Origin: Accumulibacter sp.
GTDB taxonomy: Bacteria > Pseudomonadota > Gammaproteobacteria > Burkholderiales > Rhodocyclaceae
Length of the DNA stretch: 64,000 nucleotides
Assembly: GCF_036625275.1 (NCBI RefSeq)
Contig: NZ_JAZKUD010000006.1
Coordinates: forward strand, 11,716 to 75,715
Reading direction: 5' to 3'
Every line of letters begins with the position of its first letter. Positions within the stretch are counted from its first letter, which is position 1. Below, in pieces: positions 40,401-48,259 of the stretch. Under the pieces are notes generated by a model that did no database searches, was not told the origin of the DNA, and worked only from the letters and a program-made list of their open reading frames with translations. The position numbers and the translations under genes are program-made.

Positions 40401-43400
40401 CTGCACGCCGGTGGCGGCGTCTGCCGGCAACAGCTATACCGCCACGACCTGCAACACCCTGACCACCGGACCGACCGGCGTGGCGTCGTGTACGCCGGCG
40501 ACCGCATCTGCCGGCAACAGCTATACGACCACGACCTGCAACACCGTGACCACCGGGCCGACTGCGGTGGCGTCGTGTACGGCCGCGACCGCTTCTTCCA
40601 GCAACAGCTATACGACCACAACCTGCTCGACCGTAGCGACCGGGCCCACCCCGGTGGCCTCCTGTACGCCGGTGTCCGCGTCTTCCGGCAACAGCTATAC
40701 GGCCACCACATGCGCCACCGCGACCAGCGGGCCGACCGGCGTGGCGTCGTGTACGCCGGTGGCCGCGTCTTCCGGCAACAGCTACACGGCCACGACCTGC
40801 AATACCGTGACCACCGGGCCGACTGGCGTGTCGTCGTGTACGCCGGCAACCGCGTCTTCCGGCAACAGCTATACGGCCACGACCTGCAACACCGTGACCA
40901 CCGGGCCAAGCCCTGTGGCTTCCTGTACGCCGGCAGCGGCTTCTTCCGGCAACAGTTATACGGCCACGACCTGCTCGACCGTGGCGACCGGGCCCGCCCC
41001 GGTGGCCACCTGTACGCCGGTGGCCGCATCTTCCGGCAACAGCTACACGGCCACGACCTGTTCGACCGCGAACACCGGGCCCACCCCGGTGGCCACCTGT
41101 ACGCCGATCTCGCCCAGCGCAGGCAATGGGTATACCACCACCACCTGCACGACCACGACCACCGGGCCAAGCGCCGTGGCCACCTGTACGCCGGCGACGG
41201 CGTCTGCCGGCAACGGCTATACGGCGACGACCTGCACCACCGCGACCAGCGGACCCACTCCGGTGGCCTCGTGCACGCCGGCACCGGCAAGTTCGGACAA
41301 TGACTGGGTGACAACCACCTGTGCGCTGGTCGAAACCGGCCCGACCGAAGTGGCGTCCTGTACGCCGGTCTCACCCACTGCACCGGATTACCAAACCACC
41401 ACTTGCGACTATCTGAATGGCCACAAGCTGCAGAAGCGCATTCAGACCGGCGTGACCTCGATCTTCCTGAACGGCGGCATCAGCGGTTTCGAAATCAGCC
41501 GATCGACGACCACCGACGATCCGGATTACGTCGATGTCGACGGTGTCTGTCATCCCGATGCTTCGACACTGGCCGCTCCCTTGGGGCCCGTTCCGGATCC
41601 CGCACGTTCGAGCAGCGATGAAGCGCCACTACCGGCTTCCTGCAGTGAATGGCCGTGTGTCGTGGATTCGACCATTACCGGGGGCAGCAGCAATTCGCTG
41701 GCTGACGTGGCCCAGTACTACTATGTCACCGACTTGCGTCCGGAGTTGACCAACGACGTGCGGGTTGCGGCAACCATCGGTGCCGAAGCGGATCGTGCCA
41801 CTCACCAGCACATGACCACCTTCACCCTGGCGCTCGGTGTGTCCGGCACCCTCAATTACAGTTCAACCTACAAAATCGACACGGTCGGGGATTTTGCGCG
41901 GATTCGTTGCAATCCGCTGAGCGGCGGTTGCAACAATACCTGTCCGGTAACCGATCCGAGCTTCCCGAACTGCACGCCGAAGTCCTGGCCGGTGTGGCCC
42001 GATCCGACCCTCGATTACTCCGATGCCACGCGTTACAGTGACCCGCGGTCGATCGACGATTTCTGGCACACCGCAGTCAATGGCCGCGGGCTTTATTTCA
42101 GCGCCGACGACCCGAATTCGGTGGTCAGTGGGCTCCAGCAGGCGCTGGCAGGCATTCAGTCGCGGCTGGGCGCTGGCTCGGCGGCAGCGACCTCGACCCT
42201 GTCGCCAGTGGCCGGAGACAATGCCGCCTACCGCACCAGCTACGTTTCGCAGGAGTGGGTGGGCGATCTGGCCGCCTATGAAATCAACCCGGCAACCGGC
42301 GTCATGAGCACGACCACGCAGTGGCGATCGCAGCCCTTGCTGGATGCCACGATCGGATCGGCTTGCGACCGGCGGACCATCTATCTCTTCCGCGCCGGTG
42401 CAAGCAACAATCTCACTCCCTTCACCTGGGACACGCGGACCTGTGATGTTGCCGGCCTGCCGACCGGTGACCCCACGACCGGACTGGTGGCGGCGGAGCA
42501 AGCCTATTTCGGGGCGGACAGCGTGGCACAGTTCAGTCAGTATCCGAGCATGTCGGATGGCAGCGGTGCCACGGTCGACCAGCGGACGGCCGCCGCCGGC
42601 GCGAATCTGGTGAACTATCTGCGCGGTCAGCACACGCACGAGGGAACGGCACTGTTTACGACCAATGATCTGACCAAGCTTTACCGTGCCCGCACGCATG
42701 TTCTGGGGGATTTCGTGAACTCCCAGCCGGCTTTCGTCAAGGGGCCCTTCGCCTCCTACGCGGATAGCGGTTATGCCACGTTCAAGAGCGACCATGCCGG
42801 GCGTACGCCGATGATCTACGCAGGCGCCAACGATGGCATGCTGCATGCTTTTGTCGCGGCAAACGGGGCAGAGTCCTGGGCATTCATTCCGAGACTGGTT
42901 CTGCCCAATCTCTTCAAGCTGGCCGACAACAACTATGCCAATACGCACCAGTTCTACGTCGATGGTTCGCCGACAGTGGGTGACATCTATGCCAGTTCCA
43001 CCTGGAAAACGATTCTGGTCGGCGGACTCAACAAGGGCGGCAAGGGTTATTATGCGCTGGACGTGACCGATCCGGCGGCTCCGAAGGCCTTGTGGGAATT
43101 CGGCTGGAGCGACGCGTGTTGGGATGGTGTGACCTCCGGGGTCGGGTCCGACTGCCATCTCGGCTATACCTTTGGCCGCCCGATCATCTCCAAGCTCCAG
43201 AATGGCACCTGGGTGGTCTTCGTGACCTCCGGTGTGAACAATGTCAACAGCCCGGCCAAGGCAGGCGATGGCAACGGCTATCTGTACGTGCTCAATGCCG
43301 ATACCGGCAAGCTGATTGCCAAGATCGCCACCGGTGTCGGCGACGCAGAGACGCCCAGCGGACTCAACCAGATCAATAACTTCGTGGATAACGTGCTGCT

Positions 43401-44166
43401 CAACAACACTTCGCTGCGGGTGTACGGGGTGGATCTGCTGGGCAACGTCTGGCGCTTCGATGTCAATGACAATCTCGATCCCGATGGTCTGGAAGCGACG
43501 CTGCTGGGAACGGCGAAGGACTCGGCGGGTAATCCGCAGCCGATCACGACACGTCCCGAACTGGCGGAAATCGAAGGAAAGCCGTGGGTTTTCATTGGCA
43601 CCGGGCGTTTGCTCGGGCTTGGCGACCTGCCCGATACCAGTACCCAGTCGACGTATGGTTTCAAGGACCCGCTGACCGGATCGCCGGCCTATGCCGACCT
43701 GCGCAGCGTCTTGAATCCCTTGCAGATGACGCAACCTGCAGGCGAGCTTTACCGGACCATTGCCTGTAGCGGGTCTGACGCAGCCTGCGCAGGCACCAAT
43801 GGCTGGGTGGTCGATTTGCCCGAATCCGGCGAGCGGGTCAATATCGATCCAAAACTGCAACTGGGTACGCTGACCTTCGCCAGCAACGTGCCGAGCAACT
43901 CTGCATGCAGTATCGGTGGCCATAGTTGGTTGAATTTCCTGGATTTCCGTACTGGTCTGGCGGTTCCCACCTCACCCAATCTGGCCGCCTCAAGACGTTT
44001 GAACGAAACCCTGGCGGTGGGTCTCAACTTCGTGCGTCTGACCGATGGGCGGATCGTGGTTGACGTGATCGGTTCCGGTGACAAGCCCCCCGAGGTTGTG
44101 GAGCTGCCGGTGCTGACGCCGCCTCCGGCAGGTAAACGCGTGAGCTGGCGTGAGGTGATCAATTGA
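37435..44166 (+). CDS. pilY1: Giant PilY1/PilC pilus adhesin (~2243 aa): vWA-like N-domain, dual repeat insertion, C-terminal beta-propeller
   Basis: Signal-like N-terminus, DTSNS (DxSxS) and TTDG; C-terminal LGDFVNSQP, YAGANDGMLHAF, FYVDGSP, KTILVGGLNKGG, DLLGNVWRFD and GWVVDLP..GERV. Confidence 0.93.
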   Translation: MGDFRKLRVVGLLPGVCRVLAGLSMMVALGVADAALTDVSDAPFYNSTSSQLKPNIMLLMDTSNSMRFSHMPDQIEGTNSGLMPIGYKSYQCNVLYYNPNRVYEIPKDSSGSALPTPSFTAAPYNYFSTDASTRNLSASFQAYDTSTRQYQTVSDPEQAAYYYLHSVAGTKNYLNTPCTDADVGATVPAGDGGTWTRVLVSSTSGPGGVDERQNFANWYTFYRTRISLIKSAVSLAFMPLTDSSRVGFITVNPDLSGSANYLPIADFNATQRSNWFNTLFSQVPGGSSPSREGLARVGRHFAGKQDGINSGMSGDPIQFSCQQNFTIMTTDGYWNVAAETAGPVMIDGATQVGQQDGTLDIVVDNTHWTQRPMWDGGADTLRVITDKTTQYRSVICVSPYANQTTSQTLQSTSQNLQSTTQNLQSTAQNLQSTLQNLKSTSQLTKSTSQITQSTLQNLQSTSQKLKSTSQLTRSTSQLTQSTSQNLKSTVQKFRSTSQLTRSTSQLTQSTSQNTQSTLQNLRSTSQVTKSTSQATQSTSQLTQSTLQNLQSTSQPTRSTSQITVSTLKAYQSTSQILQYDATTELTTPVASCTPGGNISCTTVTTGPTLVASCTPVAAAAGNLYTATTCSSSTTGPTAAASCTPASASAGNGYTTTTCNTVTTGPTPVASCTPAAADAGNSYTTTTCNTVTTGPTPVSTCTPVTGAAGNGYTTVTCSSATTGPTGVASCTPVAASSGNSYTATTCNTVTTGPTGVASCTPVAASAGNSYTATTCNTVTTGPTGVASCTPAAASSGNSYTATTCNTVTTGPTAVASCTPASASSGNSYTATTCSTATTGPTAVATCTPVAASSGNSYTATTCATVTTGPTGVASCTPVAASAGNSYTATTCNTVTTGPTGVASCTPATAAAGNSYTTTTCNTVTTGPTAVASCTPATASSSNSYTTRTCSTVTTGPTPVATCTPVSASSGNSYTATTCSTATTGPTGVATCTPVAASAGNSYTATTCNTLTTGPTGVASCTPATASAGNSYTTTTCNTVTTGPTAVASCTAATASSSNSYTTTTCSTVATGPTPVASCTPVSASSGNSYTATTCATATSGPTGVASCTPVAASSGNSYTATTCNTVTTGPTGVSSCTPATASSGNSYTATTCNTVTTGPSPVASCTPAAASSGNSYTATTCSTVATGPAPVATCTPVAASSGNSYTATTCSTANTGPTPVATCTPISPSAGNGYTTTTCTTTTTGPSAVATCTPATASAGNGYTATTCTTATSGPTPVASCTPAPASSDNDWVTTTCALVETGPTEVASCTPVSPTAPDYQTTTCDYLNGHKLQKRIQTGVTSIFLNGGISGFEISRSTTTDDPDYVDVDGVCHPDASTLAAPLGPVPDPARSSSDEAPLPASCSEWPCVVDSTITGGSSNSLADVAQYYYVTDLRPELTNDVRVAATIGAEADRATHQHMTTFTLALGVSGTLNYSSTYKIDTVGDFARIRCNPLSGGCNNTCPVTDPSFPNCTPKSWPVWPDPTLDYSDATRYSDPRSIDDFWHTAVNGRGLYFSADDPNSVVSGLQQALAGIQSRLGAGSAAATSTLSPVAGDNAAYRTSYVSQEWVGDLAAYEINPATGVMSTTTQWRSQPLLDATIGSACDRRTIYLFRAGASNNLTPFTWDTRTCDVAGLPTGDPTTGLVAAEQAYFGADSVAQFSQYPSMSDGSGATVDQRTAAAGANLVNYLRGQHTHEGTALFTTNDLTKLYRARTHVLGDFVNSQPAFVKGPFASYADSGYATFKSDHAGRTPMIYAGANDGMLHAFVAANGAESWAFIPRLVLPNLFKLADNNYANTHQFYVDGSPTVGDIYASSTWKTILVGGLNKGGKGYYALDVTDPAAPKALWEFGWSDACWDGVTSGVGSDCHLGYTFGRPIISKLQNGTWVVFVTSGVNNVNSPAKAGDGNGYLYVLNADTGKLIAKIATGVGDAETPSGLNQINNFVDNVLLNNTSLRVYGVDLLGNVWRFDVNDNLDPDGLEATLLGTAKDSAGNPQPITTRPELAEIEGKPWVFIGTGRLLGLGDLPDTSTQSTYGFKDPLTGSPAYADLRSVLNPLQMTQPAGELYRTIACSGSDAACAGTNGWVVDLPESGERVNIDPKLQLGTLTFASNVPSNSACSIGGHSWLNFLDFRTGLAVPTSPNLAASRRLNETLAVGLNFVRLTDGRIVVDVIGSGDKPPEVVELPVLTPPPAGKRVSWREVIN
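38641..39165 (+). repeat. 25 x 21-bp coding tandem array (7 aa, [Q/K/R]STxQxx) within pilY1
   Basis: Units counted by hand from QTTSQTL (38641) to QSTSQIL (ends 39165); no indels. Confidence 0.95.
39244..41415 (+). repeat. 25 x 87-bp coding tandem array (29 aa, TTGPTxVASCTPxxASxGNSYTxTTCxTV) within pilY1
   Basis: Exact 87-bp phasing: unit 1 at 39244, unit 25 at 41332. Cys at positions 10 and 26 of units 1-24; unit 25 is one residue shorter. Confidence 0.95.
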
Positions 44167-44178
44167 GGCTCGCGTTTG

Positions 44179-44997
44179 ATGGTCAGGATCTCGATGAATG
44201 GATTGCTTGAGTGCTGGCGTTCGGAAATTCGGGCACCAGAGAACCGTTATCTGTGGGCAGCGCTGGCTTGCTCGTTCGGCCTGCACATCCTGTTGATGCT
44301 GTTCACCAGCGGCGCCGGACGCTCGGACGGGGTAAGCCTGTTTCCTCCTTCTGCCGCTCGTTCGGCACCGATCTTGCTGATGGCGAGTCTTGCGGAGTTC
44401 CGTCGGGCCAGTGTTTCAGAGCCTGCGGAGCCGCATACCTCCGAGGTTCCTGAACCTTTAGCGCAGATCCAGGAATCACCAGCCAGTATCGCCCCGACCA
44501 TCATGCAGGAGGTCCCGAAGGAGACGCGTCCTCCTGATCGCCATGGTGCGGCGAACTCATCGGGATCACCGGAGTCTTCGGCACGTGCGGAAGCGGTTCC
44601 GACTGCCGCGCGGCACGCCGCGAGCGCCGAGCAGGCCCGCGCCGACGAGGATGCTGCTCGCCTTGCCCGGCACGCAAGCTATGGGCTGGCCAGCCTGCTG
44701 GATGTGCCGCCGGTGCCCTTGTCAGACATTCAACCGGAGTATCCGGAGTCGGCCGGGAATCAACAGGGGACGGTCGTCTTGCGACTCTTCATCAGCGCCA
44801 GCGGCGATGTGGATGAACTTTTCGTCGTCCGTGCATTGCCGAGCGGTTTTTTCGAGGAGGCGGCACTGACGGCATTCGCGTCAGCGCGCTTCTCGCCAGG
44901 CATGCACCATGGTCGTGCGGTCAAGAGCCAGATGGCGGTGGAGGTACAGTTCGTTCCCTTCAACCGGGGCGCCGGCGTTTCCGGAAGAGGGTATTAG
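44179..44997 (+). CDS. TonB family protein (N-terminal TM, Pro/Ala linker, TonB C-terminal domain)
   Basis: ALACSFGLHILL; P.YPE.A...G.V.L...I...G.V and FEEAAL.A....RF.PG. Confidence 0.85.
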   Translation: MVRISMNGLLECWRSEIRAPENRYLWAALACSFGLHILLMLFTSGAGRSDGVSLFPPSAARSAPILLMASLAEFRRASVSEPAEPHTSEVPEPLAQIQESPASIAPTIMQEVPKETRPPDRHGAANSSGSPESSARAEAVPTAARHAASAEQARADEDAARLARHASYGLASLLDVPPVPLSDIQPEYPESAGNQQGTVVLRLFISASGDVDELFVVRALPSGFFEEAALTAFASARFSPGMHHGRAVKSQMAVEVQFVPFNRGAGVSGRGY

Positions 44998-45047
44998 AGG
45001 GGTCTTTGCGCCTCATCCACAGGCTTTGAAGCCTGCGCCCTGCGCTG

Positions 45048-45473
45048 TCACTTGCCAGTAAAACCGACCAGCTCCGCGCTGACCGCATTTTGCTGTTCAA
45101 TTGCGGTTTCGAAATTCCATGCAAAACCTGCCTGCAGGTTGTTGACGGCCGGGGTGACGGTGCCGATGGCCACGCCGTTCTTGTCGAGGAGCCTGAGTTC
45201 GGCTTCGGCGTGGCCAATGGCCTGCTTCGATGCATTATTGACCCGTCCCTGGACCACCAGCGTTCCCGCGCTGTTGCGGGCAATCTTGGCGTCAACGAGC
45301 GAAAGTCCGCTGAGCGCAACCTTGTTGCCCTCGGGCGTGGCCGCTGGTGGCGCGTGCGCCTCGCCCTTCGCAGCGGGCTGCTCAGGCGGAGTCTGGTTGC
45401 AGGCGGCCGTCAGTGTGATGACGATGACGGCAGTGATCAGTAATCGACATTGCGAAGCCGTTGCCAGTTTCAT
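45048..45473 (-). CDS. FxLYD-like domain lipoprotein
   Basis: Lipobox LTAAC; V.G.V.N......L.D.NG...G....NNL..G..W.F pattern. Confidence 0.75.
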   Translation of the reverse strand: MKLATASQCRLLITAVIVITLTAACNQTPPEQPAAKGEAHAPPAATPEGNKVALSGLSLVDAKIARNSAGTLVVQGRVNNASKQAIGHAEAELRLLDKNGVAIGTVTPAVNNLQAGFAWNFETAIEQQNAVSAELVGFTGK

Positions 45474-45519
45474 TTGTTTTCCCGTTCATTCAGAATGCCC
45501 CGACGCGGATGCGTGGGAT

Positions 45520-45766
45520 GCGGCCATTTTAAATCGTCCATTCGTCGGAGAACATCGGCTCGATAGCCCAGCGCGTGGCGCCGCCCAGCACTCCGGCCCT
45601 TGAGAGAGCGTTGACGAATTCACGGCGCTATTGCGGTTGCGAGGCGGACTTCTTTTCTGCCACTGACGCCCACCCACCAGCTTGCCCAAGGCGATGAGAC
45701 ATCCGGCCAGCCATGCGAAACCCTTGATGGATAGGGGATGAGGGTTAAAGTCCGACAAGCTGCTAG
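45520..45766 (-). pseudogene. Decayed IS debris: IS4-like transposase fragment plus solo terminal repeat
   Basis: The minus strand reads RWAIEPMFSD (IS4-like RWxIE motif). AAGTCCGACAAGCTGCTAG at 45748-45766 resembles the terminal repeat at 57863-57880. Confidence 0.5.
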
Positions 45767-45801
45767 CATCGGGTCATCTTGTGCTAATATTCGCGCCCGA
45801 A

Positions 45802-45891
<90 letters not shown>

Positions 45892-46150
45892 TGAATAGCC
45901 ATAAACGCCAGTCGTAGCAAGGGTTCCAGGTTTATGCAAATAGGAATCCCATCATGGGTACCATCAAATCTGATGCGCTTGCATGGCACGTCGTGAGACA
46001 ACGAGACCTTGCCGACAGAATTCTGTGACAGTCACGGAAAAAGGCAGGCAGCCCGCTCCGACCGCCGCCAGCTTGGAAACCATGCTGTTAATCCGACTTT
46101 GGTAAGCATGCGCAGTGACCGAACCCCTGCCCGACACCATCGCCGCACCC

Positions 46151-46175
46151 AAGAAAAACCCGGCGCTTGGCCGGG
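46151..46175 (-). terminator. Intrinsic terminator ending the element's leftward transcript
   Basis: Minus strand reads CCCGGC-CAAGC-GCCGGG-TTTTTCTT. Confidence 0.7.
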
Positions 46176-46250
46176 TCGGTAGGGTCATGCGGTCGTTACG
46201 CTGTAACGCTCGCCGGCATCCGGTCAGTCTTGGCGAACCCCCCCCTGCTT

Positions 46251-46556
46251 TCAGGCCGTCGCACCGCCTTCCTCTTGGCCCGCTCCCCTTCGGGCTTCAA
46301 TGAGCGATTCGACGACGGCCAGATGCGGGTTTTCGCTCTCGTACTTCAGGGCGGCGCTGATGGTGCCACACAACAGGTAGAGGCTGCCGAAGCGCGGCTC
46401 GTAGCCATCCGGCGGGCTGTCGATCTGCGACAACAGATAGCCGAGGTCGGACACGACGCGAGACAGATTGTCGAGCGTGTCCTGGGTGAAGATTCCGACG
46501 AGGGGATTGATGGCCGACGCGGCGGCGCGATCGACGGATGCGGAGGTGTGGGTCAT
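46251..46556 (-). CDS. Hypothetical protein (101 aa)
   Basis: AGGAG SD 5 nt before the ATG; followed by a terminator. Confidence 0.65.
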   Translation of the reverse strand: MTHTSASVDRAAASAINPLVGIFTQDTLDNLSRVVSDLGYLLSQIDSPPDGYEPRFGSLYLLCGTISAALKYESENPHLAVVESLIEARRGAGQEEGGATA

Positions 46557-46589
46557 GGGTTGCTCCTATCGTGAGACTCAAGGCCCCGC

Positions 46590-46777
46590 TGTTCAAGGCG
46601 GGAGGGCGGATGTTGAACACACGTCGATAGCCGTGCCGCCAGCCTTACGGACAGGCGCATCCGCCCATTGAGAGACAACAGGCGCAAAAAATCCACGCTT
46701 CGTGGTGGATACCGCTATCGACTTGGTGTGTTCAGCACCGTTTCACCAGTATCGGCCACCGGCCAGCAGTCCGTCAA
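46590..46777 (-). promoter_or_regulatory. Promoter plus structured C4/CI-antisense-like leader
   Basis: TTGACG-N18-GATACT (46777-46748); hairpins GGTG-CTGAACA-CACC and CCAC..GTGG-ATTTTTT; complementary segment at 46612-46631. Confidence 0.55.
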
Positions 46778-47063
46778 GGGCTTGCGCTGTGCTCGCTGGA
46801 CGAACGATCAGCACTCAGCCCATACCATCGCCCACTGCACCACAGAAACGCGCCTGAGCGTCGCCGGGGACAGCTTGCTATCAGCATTGCGCAGTGCAAC
46901 GTCCGCACTTCTCGCGCCAGGAGTGAGTGATACCCGATGAATGCCTTGTAGATCATGGCAAGGAACAGTTCATGCTTGCAGTTGCTAATGGCATTGTGCG
47001 ATGCATTTTCTCAGGCGCTTGACTCGTCGCCGTCAGGCCAAACCTTGCCGTAACCTTGGGTAT

Positions 47064-47387
47064 CTATGGCTCTGGTTTCTGCCTCTTCGGCCTTCCACCC
47101 TTCCGGCCATTGATGCGGGACTGCTCCTTGCCGGCTTCCGACTTCGGGCCAGTGCTCAAGCCGCCGTGCCACTTGCAGCGACCACCGAAGTAGAGCGTCG
47201 TGATTTTGCACGGCGTACCGGCTCTGGTCCTTGCTCCACAGGGTAAGTCCCACAGGTCGACAGGCATGGCCGGGCAGTCGGGGATTGCGCCCTTGTGCTC
47301 ACGCTCATACCGAAGTTCCCAGAGGTACCGCCGCAAGTCCCAATACGCCCGCCACCGTCGGCGCTTGTCGCTGTAGGGGTCAGTCAT
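47064..47387 (-). CDS. HGGxSTG-motif protein
   Basis: CGARTRAGTPC...RCKWHGGLSTGPKS..GK. Confidence 0.85.
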   Translation of the reverse strand: MTDPYSDKRRRWRAYWDLRRYLWELRYEREHKGAIPDCPAMPVDLWDLPCGARTRAGTPCKITTLYFGGRCKWHGGLSTGPKSEAGKEQSRINGRKGGRPKRQKPEP

Positions 47388-47398
47388 GGCCTTGTTCG

Positions 47399-47716
47399 CT
47401 ACTGCTTCCGGTGAACCAAGCGCGCATCAGTCACGATGCCATCGTTCGACAGGCCCATAGCAGCCCGGTCGGCAATCGTTTCAAGTGGACTCGAGTCCAC
47501 TTGATCTGCCCTGCGGTTTCCGCCGTGCGACTGAGCCTTTGCCCAGTCCTGCGCGCTCGCCACAATCGCCGCAGCCTGCGCCACGGACAAATGCCTGCGG
47601 TGCAGATTGGCCGACAGCATCATCGCCCGCAGGGTGTCGGGATGATCCATGCCCAAGGTATCGACAAGTCGAAGGTGCCGCTCGGCTGCCGCCATGAATT
47701 CAGGGGTTGGGTTCAT
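47399..47716 (-). CDS. Hypothetical protein, apparently containing a ParB-like C-terminal fragment
   Basis: NLHRRHLS..Q.A.I and HGGNRR motifs; no ParB N-domain. Confidence 0.5.
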   Translation of the reverse strand: MNPTPEFMAAAERHLRLVDTLGMDHPDTLRAMMLSANLHRRHLSVAQAAAIVASAQDWAKAQSHGGNRRADQVDSSPLETIADRAAMGLSNDGIVTDARLVHRKQ

Positions 47717-47731
47717 TTCGTTCCTTTCTTG

Positions 47732-48259
47732 TCAGGCCAGCGTTCGCGGAGAAAAGCCCGCGCAGCGTTGCAGCATCTCGGGCAGTGCCGGCCGATAGCC
47801 GACGATTGCCGACACCAGCCCGCCCGGCTTGGCGATGATGCACACCGCGCCGCGCAGGTTGCCGCACTGGTCGCAGCGCCGCCGGTCATCGGGGTCGTCG
47901 CCGGTGCGCTCGATCGGTTCGGCGGCAAGGGTCGGCAATTCGCCTCTTGCTGATACCCCTGGAACCCCGGAACACACCGGCGGGGTTCCAGTAAAAGCCT
48001 TGCCAATACTGGCTTTTACCCTTGGAACCCCTGAACCCCCTGCAAGGTAAGGTCGCGTGAGACTTTTTCCGGTTTCCGCCTGTCTGGAGTGTCCCGGTTC
48101 CGCTTTCTCTCCGTCATTGTTGTTTTGTGGGGTTCCAGGGGTTCCAAGGGTACAACCCAGCAACGGCAAGGCTTTTACTGGAACCCCGCCGGTGTATTCC
48201 GGGGTTCCAGGGGTTCCGGCTTCGCGTTGCAGTTTGGCGAGCAGCTCGTCAAGACCCAT
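47732..48259 (-). CDS. Hypothetical protein with GTPGTP/GVPGV iteron-encoded motifs and C-terminal CxxC
   Basis: ATG overlaps the DUF927 stop; RRRCDQC motif; sequence is dictated by GGAACCCC boxes. Confidence 0.6.
   Translation of the reverse strand: MGLDELLAKLQREAGTPGTPEYTGGVPVKALPLLGCTLGTPGTPQNNNDGEKAEPGHSRQAETGKSLTRPYLAGGSGVPRVKASIGKAFTGTPPVCSGVPGVSARGELPTLAAEPIERTGDDPDDRRRCDQCGNLRGAVCIIAKPGGLVSAIVGYRPALPEMLQRCAGFSPRTLA
47952..48217. repeat. Two 89-bp GGAACCCC-box modules in inverted orientation (47952-48040 and 48129-48217)
   Basis: The reverse complement of 48129-48217 aligns with 47952-48040 apart from scattered mismatches. Confidence 0.9.

Noticed and set aside
38035-41383. Long alternative-frame and antisense ORFs over pilY1 (e.g. 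38035-38844, 40314-41303, 40376-41383)
   Set aside because: Shadows of the coding repeats in GC-rich DNA, with no independent motifs.
38641-41415. CRISPR array or DGR template
   Set aside because: The units are contiguous, in frame, synonymously diverged and spacer-free. No cas or reverse transcriptase gene is present.
46850-47018. 9-bp inverted repeat GCGCCTGAG and loose GCATTG repeats as a cos/pac site
   Set aside because: Too short to distinguish from chance; kept only as a region to test.
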